The position numbers and the translations under genes are program-made. A stretch of 64,000 nucleotides of DNA from Haliotis cracherodii (lineage: Eukaryota), in the NCBI RefSeq assembly GCF_022045235.1, contig NW_027266264.1:25730001-25794000 (forward strand), in the 5' to 3' direction. The notes beneath the pieces were generated by a model. That model saw only the letters and a list, made by a program, of their open reading frames with translations. It was not told where the DNA came from and did no database searches. Positions 26,923 through 40,812 of the stretch are shown here, piece after piece; positions within the stretch are counted from its first letter, which is position 1, and each line of letters starts with the position of its first letter.

Positions 26923-29209
26923 AAGAAATGGAAGTGACAAATTCATAGAAATCTGCCTGTTACAAAATATGACAAACTTACAATGACAAACTATGTGAGT
27001 AGCACCTGTCAGGATTGAAGGTCATTATACAGGGACAAAAGGTCATTTTTAAGAAAAGTAATTTTGAGGCATTGTGAAGTTTATGTTACTATGTCTTATC
27101 CTTGACATAGCATGTACCATAGACATAAACCAGATTTTTCGAAAAGAACTGAGTCTGTATTCATAAGACCATACTATCATGCTTGATTTTTCATAAATTG
27201 GTCTATCAACTATATATTGCTTGGGCTGATAAAATAGCTGGGTATCAATACCTGCAGACTTTACACAAACACTAAAGAAAATGTCCAATGGATACTATCA
27301 ATACCTGCAGACTTTGCACAGAAACATTAAACATAATGTCCTATGGATACTTTCAGAGCTCTGATGTATGATGGTAGAAAGAAGAACTACAGTTGGTTTA
27401 TCTAATGGCTATACAATTGACATGTGAATATTACTATAAACTATGGCCACTTTTGCCAATGGTATTGCAGGTATCTTGGTATCTCATAGTAACCTTCTGA
27501 ATCACGGGTAGTGGTTTCGAGTTAGACTGGCTAAGAGGTTGAATTGTAAGACCTGCTTTGAGGTTTACATTTGAATAGTTAGACCTTGGCTTTGTAGTTG
27601 AATTGTACAAACACTGCCTCTTAATATGCATCAAATGTTGATTTTCGACTGATTAAAAGTCACAATTCTTTTCATCTGAAAAATCCATGATCTGAATCGA
27701 ACTTGCAGCCTCACATACCGGTAGATCATGAGATTTCATGTGACAATTTAATACATTATATGTTTTTTTCTGTATCGATACAAGATGATACACTTGCTGA
27801 AATAAATTACTTACTATTCACTTAATGACCCTTGGCATTTTTGTCAATCAGAGCCTGTAAAATGTGTTGTAACTAGTATTTCAAGTTCACTACTAAAAAT
27901 AGCCCCTACAAACATGTGTCATTTGAACATGCTCTGAAATATTTATTGTCATATGTAAATATGCATATCGCGATATATATATGGTATCGTGACCAATGTA
28001 TCATGATACACATTGAATCATGACCTTGCTGTATCCTTTCATCCCTATAATATACTGGATTCTTTAATGCAGGCCGTACATGAGGTTTGAGATTCAGTTT
28101 TTGTGGATGCTTCAGACATTAAAAAGATCACATGTTATATTGGAATTCCCCACGAAACATCCAACATGTCTCGTTTGTCAATATGATTGTCAGCTAAACA
28201 GCTACCTCATGCAAAATCATCTTCATCTTGACAGCTAATTCTTCAGCAATCATGACAATAGATTTCTAGTTTTTCCAGCATCTGTCAGAATTTGAGGCCA
28301 AAGCTCTCCAATTCTAATCCAGACTGACAATGATGATGGTTATAGGATGCATATAAATGACTTCAGTGATTGAGATGGCTTTGGCAAGTCATATTGAACT
28401 GCTTTCAGATCCTGATATCAAGTGCAGACAATTACACATGCTCAAAAAGTAATTTTTCTGTCCCCTTATACAAACGTGTTCAACAGTCGATTCCAAGAAA
28501 ACGTGTGTACAGCTGATTGCTGTTTCTGGCTTTGTTTACGAGAAAATACACAAGGTAATCTTAACCCCCAGATATAAAACAATGCCTAGCAGAACAATAA
28601 ATACTATTTAAACGGTAAATAAACATGTCTAGTGATTTTTTATCTCAAATTTCGAATTTGTACTGAAGAAGTTTCTCAGCACCCGTTCGTTTGCCGGACT
28701 TCGCTGAAAGGGTAGGGTATTTCTGCGCATAATATTCAAATTTCTTTTTTTTTTAAATATTGAACCCGCTAGAGGGGGTTGCGCATTATACATGGGTGCA
28801 CACTATACTCAAGAAAATACGGTATTGCCTTGTGGACTTTTTCGGGTGACTTGTGCAGGTCAATTCCCAATTTGAGCCATCAGTGCAAAAAACTGATACT
28901 TGATGCAATTTCTTATTTTGATTTGTACCATATTTTTTCATGTCTTATCATGTCAACTATTGACTTGCCTTTGCGTGTGTTTGTGATTGGTTTCACCAGT
29001 GGGACGGGATACGATCATCTTTTCTCAAACACCTGTTATCATCATTATTTTATAGTGATTCATAAACACATGCTTATGATACAGCTGGAATCTTGCAATG
29101 GACCATGCTTTTAGCAGAGATTTCATTTGATTATGGAGCATGTTTTGTTAATTTTATTTAGGAATAAAATGTCATGATGAACAAAAAGCACAGAATTATT
29201 GTTGAAGTT

Positions 29210-30885
29210 CCAGTGGACAAATATCCTTTTCCCTTCTACTGCCCCATAGACATATGTCAATCTCCTTCAACTGTACAGTGGACCTATGTCCACCTCCTTC
29301 AACTGTAAATTGGACCAATGTCAATCTCCTTTAACTGTATAGTTGACATATGTATAGTATGTATAGTGGACCAATGTCCACCTCCTCCTACAGCCCAGTG
29401 GACCTTTGTCCACCCCCTTCTATGCTCAATTTACCTTTGTCCACCCCCTTCTATGCCCAATGTACCTTTGTCCAACCCCTTCTATGCCCATTGGACCAAT
29501 GTCCACCTCCTCCTACAGCCCAGTGGACCTTTGTCCACCCCCTTCTATGCTCAATTTACCTTTGTCCACCCCCTTCTATGCCCAATGTACCTTTGTCCAA
29601 CCCCTTCTATGCCCATTGGACCAATGTCCACCTCCTCCTACAGCCCAGTGGACCTTTGTCCACCCCCTTCTATGCCCAATGTACCTTTGTCCAACCCCTT
29701 CTATGCCCAGTGGACCAATGTCCACCTCCTCCTACAGCCCAGTGGACCTTTGTCCACCCCCTTCTATGCTCAATTTACCTTTGTCCAACCCTTTCTATGC
29801 CCAGTGGACCTTTGTCCAACCCCTTCTATGCCCATTGGACCAATGTCCACCTCCTCCTACAGCCCAGTGGACCTTTGTCCACCCCCTTCTATGCTCAATT
29901 TACCTTTGTCCAACCCTTTCTATGCCCAGTGGACCTTTGTCCAACCCCTTCTATGCCCATTGGACCAATGTCCACCTCCTCCTACAGCCCAGTGGACCTT
30001 TGTCCACCCCCTTCTATGCTCAATTTACCTTTGTCCAACCCTTTCTATGCCCAGTGGACCTTTGTCCAACCCCTTCTATGCCCATTGGACCAATGTCCAC
30101 CTCCTCCTACAGCCCAGTGGACCTTTGTCCACCCCCTTCTATGCTCAATTTACCTTTGTCCACCCCCTTCTATGCTCAATTTACCTTTGTCCAACCCTTT
30201 CTATGCTCAATTTACCTTTGTCCAACCCCTTCTATGCCCAGTGGACCTATGTCCATCTCCTTCTACTGTACAGTGAACCTATGTCCACCTCCTTCAACTG
30301 TAAAGTGAACCAATGTCCACCTCCTACTGCCCAGTGGACCAATGTTCACCTCCTACTGCCCAGTGGACCTATGTCCACCTCCTTCAACTGTAAAGTGAAC
30401 CAATGTCCACCTCCTACTGCCCAGTGGACCAATGTTCACCTCCTACTGCCCAGTGGACCTATGTCCACCTCCTTCAACTGTAAAGTGAACCAATGTCCAC
30501 CTCCTACTGCCCAGTGGACCAATGTCCACCTCTTACTGCCCAATGTACCTTTGTCCACCCCCTTCTATGCCCATTGGACCAATGTCCACCTCCTACTGTC
30601 CAGTAGACCTATGTCCACCTCCTCCTACTGCCCAGTGAATCTATGTTCACCTCTTTCTGCCCAGTGGACCTATGTCAATCTCCTAGTGTCATGGATCTAT
30701 GTCAATGTTCTGCAACTGTACAGTTGACCAATGTCCATCTCCTTCAAACACCCAGTGGACCTATGTCAATCTCCTAGTGTTTCATGGATCTATGTCAGTG
30801 TTCTTCAACTGTACAGTTGACCAATGTCCATATCGTACTGTCTAGTGGACCTATGTTCATCTTCTTCTTTGCCCAGTGGACTTAT
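29210..30885. repeat. ~31-bp C-rich minisatellite with higher-order structure
   Basis: Units such as cccagtggacctttgtccacccccttctatg; this repeat explains the three overlapping long ORFs. Confidence 0.95.
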
Positions 30886-32032
30886 TACTACAATATACAA
30901 AACAGAATGCAATAAGATCTTTTATCCATTCTCAGATATTTTGTCATTTCTTTATGAAGTACATTCCTCCTGAGGAATTCATATGACAGTATTACAGTCA
31001 TCTCAATTCCATTTTGCCCATGGGGATTTTGATGTCATTAGCCAGCATTACATAAGAAACAAATATTAGTTATTTCAGTGTTTTCTGCCTTGAGGATAAA
31101 CTTCTCCTCTTTAGTATTTAATAGATAATAATGACCTATGGGCAATAGCCTTGTGCCACCAGAGTCCTGTTTTCCTCGACACTCTCCAGCTCCGCGTCTC
31201 GAAAATAGGAGGTGCATGGACCCAGATGCTTATTTCATGAACAGGATACATTCAGTCTAGATTCAATATTTGTATCTTATCGCATTCATCAATCCCATAT
31301 CCTTTTCACGACCTAGTCAAGTCAGATAAAGTTATTTTTTTATGAAACTGATTTTAGCACTTAAACCCAGAAAAGAGGTTTATTTGTTAATTGTATAATT
31401 GATAAAGTACTTGAGTTTGTTATAATTTCTAAAAGACATCATGAGGATTTTCAGATTCAAATGCAAACTCCTGTAACAATGTTTCCTCAACTGATCACAT
31501 CAGGTAGCTTCCATGACTTGAACCAAGTTCTATCAGTAGAGACTCAGATTTGGCTCAACTGCAACACAGGTTAATTTTGATAAACAACTCATCAAGACTG
31601 GTGAAAAATTGTCAAAAGTCACATAACTGACATTCAACAAAGCAGCGATTTTGATACATAATGATAAACTTGAACATATAATATTTTAATATTTAATATT
31701 TCCATACTAAGGGGATCAATTATTACCCGAAAATAATAAAACTGGCTTTGGATCTGGAGAGATATTGATGGATTTAACCCCAACTCTCGACGCACGCACA
31801 CACACAGAAAGTATATGTAGGTATTCCTTACTACCATATGTGGATGCAGCCTTGAATTATTCGCTTGATTAATTACCAACTAGCTTGTCGCAGCCTTGGT
31901 GCCACCATACAAACAATAGGACTTCCTGGAATTCATCACAGCCCCTGACTACTATTGTGACAGTATTGATTGCAGTCAGTATACATTTCCTGTACTATTA
32001 CTATTACAGATGCCCATACATACACTGCACAG

Positions 32033-32450
32033 TAGGGCTGGGATGGATAACTAGGGTCAGGTGGGTACTGAGCAGGATCCGGGTACCCACAGGACTACCC
32101 GGACCCGTCCTTAGTTATGTGATATATTGTTTCATGACAAAGGTTCACTATACTACATGGTTACATGACAATTTTAAGTCTCTAGTGTTCCCATTTCTTC
32201 ATGAATATAAACACATTCCTTCTGACTTATATATGTTTGAACAAAGCTAAAACTTCAGTTAACTTCAGTGTATGCATGACCACATCGATATATATGTGTA
32301 TCTAAATACATTCTGCCAGAGCTAGTGTCAAACTATTCCCAATCAGACATTTTGTACCTATCTCTTGATACCAACAGCGGGTACCCGGGTAGGGTCGGGT
32401 AATAGGGGTGTGGGTACCCGGGTAGTAAATTTGGACTTGTCCCAACCCTA
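32033..32450. mobile_element. hAT-type MITE, 418 bp
   Basis: TIR tagggctggga / tcccaacccta; exact 8-bp TSD ctgcacag; repeated subterminal gggtaccc motifs. Confidence 0.92.
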
Positions 32451-32663
32451 CTGCACAGTTCAATATTTGATTCTCTTGACACCAACATGCTTCCACTGAT
32501 GAATGCTGGGGACCTCAGTCCGGACCCTGTTAATCTGGTACACCTTGTTCCAGATGATTACTCTTGGAACATCTATGGCTAGTTAAAAGGTGCATTATGA
32601 CATGCAAATGAATCGTTGATTATGAAAATTGTTAATCCGGATGATTTCACTTACACACGTTCA

Positions 32664-32825
32664 GGGGCAGAGGGGTAGCCTTGTGGTCAAAGCATTTGCT
32701 CGTCACGCCAAACACCTGGGTTTGATTCCCCACATGGGTACAATGTGTGAAGCCCATTTCTTGTGACCCCTATGGTGATAATTCTGGAATATTGCTAAAA
32801 GCGGCATAAACCATACTCACTCACT
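32664..32825 (+). mobile_element. SINE family A copy
   Basis: Full-length alignment to the other copies. Confidence 0.85.
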
Positions 32826-33766
32826 ACTCCAATTCATGAATACTGAACCTTGTTTTCCTGAAATCATGGGGAATAGTATTTATGTTCTTGGACTGACTGT
32901 TTTTCGCTCTAAAATTCAGGCTGGCAGTTTGAAAAATATAAAAAATAAATATTCCCCTTTAAACATTTTATTTTTTTAATTTACTCATATGATGCGTCAT
33001 AATTTGTTGTGTGTCCTTAAGTTTTTTAGATACATTTTTAACAGCTTTTTTTGGAGCATTTTAAATACTTTATTTATATTGATAGTGTCAGTAAATGTTT
33101 TTTTTTAACATTTTGATTTTTTCTGGTTGGTGGATTAAAAAACACGTCTTTTAGCTTTTTTCACATTTCAATTATTTTGAAATTGGCAGATTCATAAAAC
33201 ATGTGTAAAAAATGTCTGGTCTTACTGTAAAATTAATCATATAGTCCAAACAAGTTCCTTCATTCAGAGATATTATTGACAGTCAATATTGAGTCTGCAG
33301 GTCCAAAAATTCATTTCAAACAAAATGACTGAGCTGTGGCCACAAATTGGTTTTTCAATGTAGCTGCCGTGGTGGCGGTATCAGCTTCAGTATGTTTTAA
33401 GTGCAAGGTCAAATCAAGGTCAAAATTTAAATTATCGCAAATAAAGGAAGCTATAACTGTATATAAACTGAACTGCATTACAGAAATGACTGAGTAATGG
33501 TCATCAATAGCTTTTTCCATATGTTTGCTTGGGCGGCTATTATGAAAATCAGATTCAAACCTCTTGAAAAACATGGGGTTTTAGATTGAGAGCAATGATG
33601 ATGCCACCTGGGACAGGAAAGCCCACACTTTTTGACATTTTCTCAGAGAAATGAACATGAGTAATAAACATATATGTGGAAAAGCCTACTCTGAACCCGT
33701 GATCACATATTATCTGTCTCTTGTGAAATAACTGCTACAAGATTAATTCATTTGCGATGGATAATC

Positions 33767-33995
33767 TGTTTGTTTGTTGTCTTAACGCCACACTCAGCAA
33801 TATTCCAGCTATATGTCTATAAATAATCAAGTCTGGACCAGACAATCCAGTGATTGACATCTTGAGTATTGATCATATTATGCAGCTGGGATACGATGAC
33901 AGTCCTCAAGCCTGACCACCCAATCCCATTAATTGCTTCTTACCACAAGCATAGTCGCCTTTTATTGCAAGCATGGGTTGCTTAAGACATATTCT
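33767..33995 (-). mobile_element. Retroposon family B copy
   Basis: Aligns to the family. Confidence 0.8.
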
Positions 33996-35269
33996 CTGTA
34001 ATTCCTAGTTCATTGCTAGTTATTCTCGTGTGGTCCTCAGCTGAATACATGATTGTTTAATTGCCACATAGATGTTGGGAGTTGGCCTTCAAGATTTTCA
34101 ATAGTGTTGGGGTTCACAGACTTGTGGCTGTGTCATCAGACCACAATAGTACAACAATAATACATTACACACCTACACACGTGTCGAATGATTGACTGAC
34201 CCATTGATGCATTGCGATAGCTCATGGTCTCATGGCATACATCAATGGCAAGTCAAAAGATCCGACAGTTAACACTGATGCCGTGCTACATCACAAAATA
34301 GTATTAATAGACATCAGAAAATGTAAAAGTAATGCTAATAATTAATTTACTTCACCATTGTTCTAATTTGACATTATTATTGGAAAACTTGTGGGCATCC
34401 ATTCCAAACTGTCACATTCAGCGTGTGTCTCTTGTTCCTAATCTATTTGATTTTTCACAAGAAAATATGTTGAAATCAATGTATATCTAATTAAAAAGGC
34501 TACCTGCTAAAGGCCTTAGCATTCTATGTTGGAAGACTAAAATGTTCTGAGCCTAAATATGATAAACTGAGTTGATGGAATTGGTTTCTAATCATTTTTA
34601 AACATAATTCCCTTGATGTTCCCGACACTTGAGTATGTTACGTATGGATTCCAAAATTGAAACAATATGTTAACCCAGAAATTGCTATGTAAAAACTTAG
34701 TGTGAAACCAAAAGACAACCTACAAATGGTACACAATTAACAATTTTATTACAAAATTAACTAGGTTTACCAATCAACATAAATCACTGCACAGCAATTA
34801 CAATGGCAGTACACAATAGCGTGGTGTACAATATTCAATGACAGTATATAATATGATGGCAGTGGTGAGTATCAAATACAAAAAATACAGTGGTGATAGC
34901 AAAAGTCAGTGATAATAGTATATTCCCAAAGTATTTCTCATATGAAAATGTGTGGGAGATGAGGCTATATATATAGTGCAATAAGAGTGCCTAACTAGCT
35001 GCTGGAAATTTCTACACAGTGCCCTCACCAGTCTAGCGGCACTAGAACATTACAAAAAATTGTGCGTGAGTCCACAACCTACCAGAAGTTTACACGCCAC
35101 ACTAGAATCTAAATATAGTAACTTCAAGACAATGGCTTACATTAAATAGAACTACGTTCCTTACAGCTACTCACTGTCCAAACACAATCCAATGAGCGTC
35201 TACCGAATCACTGCATAATAACAAGTGCCTGGATACCACTGGTGGAGGTGTTCTCCTAGTGGTGTAAAA

Positions 35270-36050
35270 AGTCCTCTGCACCAGAAAAGACATCATCATT
35301 TGCATAATGCTTGCCAGGCAGTTCTGTCTTTAAGTTTGGGAAGAGATGAAAATCTGTTGGTGCCAATTAAATCTGTATACGGATAATGTTTAATAGGTTC
35401 AAAGCCACAGTCAGGCACTGAGGCCATAGTGACAACAGACTTATGAACAGATGAATTGTCTGGGTGAAACAACACCTTTAGTGAGTTTTCCACGACATTT
35501 AGCCTTGATATCCTCACGCAGCTGACTAAGCAGATTAGTAATAATATTGGCCATTAATGGTCTGACCTTTTGGGAGGTAGTCCACCAATAGGATGCCTTG
35601 GGAATCCCATAAAACCAAAATCATCACCTTGCCAGCTTTGGGCACAGACTGCCATTTTCATTAAGGAGATCCTAGATGTTTCCATTGCTTTCACTGTTGT
35701 GTAGTCTCTGACAGTGGTGAAAATAAAACACCAGCACCACAGAATAACAACAGCTCGATCAGCTAACGAAACATTCCATTGGGCGTAAAAGGCAAAAGTG
35801 TGGCCCATCCATGATAACCAATCGCTAAACAAATCAGCTGGGTCTGGTTCTAAATAACGTAAATTATCATGAGAGATGATGAACTTGAGGAGTTTCTCAT
35901 CAGGAAGTCAGAAGCCTTGGAACTTGACATGTTGAAAACTTTCTCAGAAGCCTACTGTATTGGCTGTGAGCACATGTAGCAAGTCTTCATCATCCATAAT
36001 CATATCATTTATTTTATCAACATTTTGCTTCCTGGTGGCTGTTGAGGATC
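35270..36050 (-). mobile_element. Old, heavily decayed mariner remnant
   Basis: Fragments VLFHPDNSSVHKS..CGFEPIKHYPY and LAPTDFHLFPNLK, plus an FWD-like segment upstream. TIRs not recognised. Confidence 0.8.
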
Positions 36051-36098
36051 TTAATATTTACAATTAACTTACTCATTTGGTGACATACTTTCAACAAA

Positions 36099-36557
36099 CC
36101 CATGAAGATCCATGTTAGAATCGGTCTTCAGCAACCCATGCTGTCATCAAAGCTTGCTACTTGGTTGATGAATATCATAATATCCCAATTGCGTAGATTG
36201 ATGCTCATGATGTCAATCACTGGATTGTCTGGTCCAGACATGATATTTACAGTTTTATTTTGTTTGTTTGTTGTTTAACGCTGCACTCAGCAATAAACCA
36301 GCTATATGACGGCGGTCTGTAAATAATCGAGTCTGGACCAGATAATCCAGAGATTGATATCATAACGTAATTGGGATCGATGACATGGAGCAACCAAGTC
36401 AGCGAGCCTGACCACCCAATCCCTTTAGTCGCCTTTTACTACAAGCATAGTCAAGTTTTACTGCAAGCATGGGTTGCTGAAGACCTATCCTTCCCCGGAT
36501 ATACATATAGCTGGAATATTGCTGAGGCATTAAATAATAAAGAAATATACAAATAAC
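36099..36557 (+). mobile_element. Retroposon family B copy containing an inverted family B copy (~36254-36497)
   Basis: Outer TSD actttcaacaaa; the inner copy is on the minus strand. Confidence 0.85.
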
Positions 36558-38692
36558 ACTTTCAACAAAAATAACACCAATACCAAATGCAAAATCGCTT
36601 TCTGGGTTATTTGTTTTCATCTAGAACTTGTTTGTTAACTTTTGATTACAAAATGCTCCCTCTTTTTTAACAAAAAATCTTTATGGGTTTGCAATACTCA
36701 TATCCTGGCACAAAGTATCTAGTCAGCTAGTTTACCGAATACAGCCCAATGTCAAGGCCAGCTTGCGATTGTATAAACGGACTGTACACACGAATGTCCG
36801 TGTCAGTAATGCATGCTGCTTGTCTGATAGAACAGAGAGTCGGTTCAGTGATATGTGATGGGTGAAGCTCATGGTGGAGTACCACTGATATACAGTAGCA
36901 AACCCACATATAGCTTTATTACCCATAGGGTACGAAATAACAATTGTGGCTTTCTAAGACGGCAGTCGTGTTAAGTGCATTTTCTAAAGGGGGACTCAAA
37001 AGAATTAAGGAATAATGGGTTTTCACTTGGGAAATACAAAAATTCTGACACTTGTTTTGAAAAATCAGTATGACACATGCTCATATAATATTCTAATTGC
37101 ACTAAATTTTTAATTGCGTGCACTGAAAGTTTAAAGGTCAGGGTCAGGTGATGAAGATGATGTTGTCACCCATCACGTTGTACAGAGGTCTTTATATTAC
37201 ATCGGGCAAGACTGTTTTAAATATTTTGATAATTGATCCAATGACTTTTCATAGAATTGTAAAAAAGTATTTATATAAATAGGATCTCTTATTTCCAACA
37301 AATTAATGAGGGAAAATTCGGTCGAGTCAATTGTTGACTGGAGCAGAGAAGCGAACTCCTACACTCGGCCTCGTAAGGTCAGACAAATCAGAAAACTGTC
37401 ACTGTGCAAGGCTCAGTGCTGGAAACCAAACTCTGCATGAAGAAACCTGAGGCAATGCATGACACATTCATTACTTTCTCAATAGAGCTGTGTGGATCTG
37501 AGAAAACTTCTGTTACACAAAACAAATGAAAATATAATTACTATCATGCATCCACTTATGAGGGTGAATGTGCATACATGTATATTTCAAAAACATGTTT
37601 TGAGATCACCAAAATGAATAATATGATCAAAAAAAGTTTATAAGAATTTATGAAAACACATAGAGGAAACATCTTTTTTATTACAGACCTCTTCTTGTAA
37701 CTTTAAGATATTGAATCAGAAGATATCGAGCAAGTTTTACCAATTATCAATAAAAGAACAAATCTTTTTTGTAATACACAGATTTCTTCTCTTAAGTTGG
37801 TTCCTTCGCTTATCTAATAACCAAGGAATAATCTGAAAGACTCATATAAAATCTATGTAGCATGCTTTATATTTCTCTCCATAAAAGGACAAAGCCTATT
37901 AAAGGCACTGAAAGCTATTTTTATTCAACAATAGGACCGTCTTTACTTTATAAAAAAGGTACCATCAATACATATACATCTTGCAAAAAATATATCTGAA
38001 TGTGAAATCAATTACTATTAGACCAAAGGAAGAAAAAACATCTCAAATACATCTCTTGAGATCATGTAATACTTTGAAAACAAGCCAGCCAAAAACATTT
38101 CAATGACTTTTTTTTATGGCTGGGCCTTGATTTGGTGCCACTCCTCACTTCAGTTGACTTAAAAACTATCTTAATTCTCAAACCAATTTAAAAAATAGCC
38201 CAAACCTATTTTCTCCTACACTGCTATACAAAGCCAACTCGCCAAACAAAACACTGAAAATGAAGAATAAAATGGCTTGGTCAACACCTGGAACCACAAT
38301 GGCACCAATGGTAATGATCAACCGAAGCTAGACATTCCAGGCTTCTTGTCTCATTACAATCTTTCTTACGAGGAAGATTAGGAGGTGAATCTATCGACCA
38401 TGATTCTAATCTTCATATCATGTTATTGATATCAGCTGATAAGCAAATATGGTCCACTTTCACTCTATGAGCTGATGGTGATCTTTGAGGGGTTTCACTC
38501 CTATAGATGATGAAAGGATAACAGTGCAGGTACAGGTTTGCTTCTGATGAAAAATACCAGATGCTGCACAACAAAGAAAGATACATATTTCAAAAATAAA
38601 AAAGTAATTAATTCTGCACTTCGGACAGAAGGAATCATTTTGATATGAAGTGCTGATATACATGTACTTATTTTGTGGAAAAGTTCCAATTA

Positions 38693-38858
38693 CAGTCAAA
38701 CACTGTTGTGTCGAACTTTAACGCGTCAAATTTGAGGTTAAGTAAAGGTTGGTCCCTGTATATTTCATGTTTATTCATATTTTCGGTTGTGTCGAACCTC
38801 GGATAACTCGAAGTAATTACGTAGGTCCATTCAACTTCGACACAACTGTGTATGACTG
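38693..38858. mobile_element. Tigger/pogo-type MITE, 166 bp
   Basis: TA-flanked imperfect TIRs cagtcaaacactgttgtgtcgaa / ttcgacacaactgtgtatgactg. Confidence 0.85.
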
Positions 38859-39299
38859 TAGTTAACATATTTCTTCAAGAATGCTGTTGCTGTTTTTCAG
38901 TCAGTCAGACAGGCCAGAGCAATAAATATTCTTGTTTTACCCCAGTACTAAATTTCTTAGCCACATGCCTAAAAACAGGAGGCAAAACTATCAAAAAACA
39001 CTTTCCAATAGTCTTCACTTGTTTTGATGTTCATTTTCTAAAACAAATGTTTAAATTATTAATTTAACAACAACAATTACAAAAAAACAACCCAAAAAAA
39101 CAAACAAAATATGTCAGAAAAGCATATTTCCAATCAACCAATGCATTTCTAATCATTGTTTGGGTTTAAAATTTTGGAAGGAATAATTAGTTAGGACAAA
39201 GGCTAAATGCAGATCAAAACTGCACTGGAAAAGGCATTTCATTCTGTGGCAAGTGTTTATTAACCATGTAAACACTGATAGAATATCTTAAAATGACAG

Positions 39300-39400
39300 A
39301 GAAATCTTACACTAATATTGAAATCTTACACTGATAGGGAAATCTCACACTGATTGGGAAATCTTAAACTGATAGGGAAATCTTTCACTGATAGGGAAAT
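39300..39400. repeat. ~20-bp short tandem repeat
   Basis: gaaatcttacactgatagg, about 5 copies. Confidence 0.8.
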
Positions 39401-40112
39401 TTTTCCTTTACCCGAATGTTTACCAGTTGTGTTTATGACAGCACAGTTTCACGTGAAATACACCAATTTCACTCAATGACTGGTCTGCTGAAGAGTTTCC
39501 ATTTAAAGTGCACATTTACCCCATCCTGTGATGCTATAAGTGCTTGTGTGGCAAAAGAAACAACCACAGGAGATGAGACTTGCTGATATCCATGAAAAGT
39601 TTTGCAACTTCATATCACAAAGCAAAATTGTCCTGCAGGTTGTGTTTAAAAGATCACCATCACTATGGCAAAGTCAAACATCTTCTTTCCCTGGATTGCA
39701 AACACAATAATCAATAAAATCAATTGTGGCGGATCTTCATTACAAACTACTTGATGTGAATGGCAAAGCAATCATAAAATGCATGGAACAATTGCATAGT
39801 CTTGACTTTCCAATACATCGTCTAAACCTCTATCCAACGCATAATACCACAGTGTCTCCAGTGTTTGTAACAATTAACATGTGACTTGCCTTCCCTTCAA
39901 TAGTTGGGCTTGCAGCTTTCCTTATGATAAGCAAAAGAACATATCTTAATCCACATGTATTCTGGGAGTCTCTTAATGTTTATCTCATAATCTTTTGGTA
40001 AGGAAATAATAAGAAAAGAATGTGTCTCCATGAGCAATCAAACATTATTGCAAAAGGTGAAGCAATGACGGACAAGGGAACTGCAATTCACTTTCCATCC
40101 CTTGCATGCACA

Positions 40113-40278
40113 CCTGTGGAGATCCGGGTGTTAAAATTGGTCTTCAGCACCCCATGCTTGTCATAAGAGACCACCACAGGATCTGGTGGTTAGACTTGCT
40201 CATCTTGTTAAATGCTTGTCATATTATCCCAACTGCGTAGATGTGAATCACTGGATTGTCTGGTCCTGACTTGATTAG
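40113..40278 (+). mobile_element. Retroposon family B decayed copy
   Basis: Starts cctgtggagatccggg. Confidence 0.75.
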
Positions 40279-40400
40279 TTAATAACATACTACCACCATA
40301 AAGCTGATATAAATACTCTTATCATTCTACTAATTACCATATGCTCATTAAAAAGAAGTACAAGGATAAGTAACTCTGAAATATTACAAGCATACAGAAA

Positions 40401-40812
40401 AGTGATACACAGGCAGATATGGATGATTAGCGAAATAAAAGACAGAAAATGAGACATCCTCCCAGCATACTCAATCATGGTACTGTGGGCAGCAACAACA
40501 GTACACAATGGCCGAAGTCATAGTTGTGACAAATATCACAAACCAACAGAGCCGTGAAGACCAACGGTAGAATAGGTCTTGAGCAACCCATGATTGCCAT
40601 AAAATGTGACTATGCTTCTTGTAAGAGGCGACTAATGGGATCGGGTGGTCAGGCCTGCTGACTTGGTTGATGCATGTCATCGTATCCCAATTGCGTGGAT
40701 CGATGCTCATGATGTCAATCACTGGCCTGTCTGGTCCAGATGCAATTATTTACAGACCACTGTCATATAGCTGGAATATTGCTGAGTGTGGCGCTAAACA
40801 CCAAACAAAAAA
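40401..40812 (+). mobile_element. Family B copy with ~150-bp 5' extension
   Basis: The extension is shared with the copy at 42607. Confidence 0.8.

Noticed and set aside
27710-28823. Single-ended DNA transposon termini (hAT-like ..catcccta at 28047; Tigger-like ..aaatacggta near 28823)
   Set aside because: Matching opposite ends and TSDs not found, so boundaries cannot be supported.
29318-30727. 469-, 308- and 300-aa Pro/Cys-rich ORFs
   Set aside because: All three frames read the same cyclic peptide from a ~31-bp minisatellite; no gene structure.
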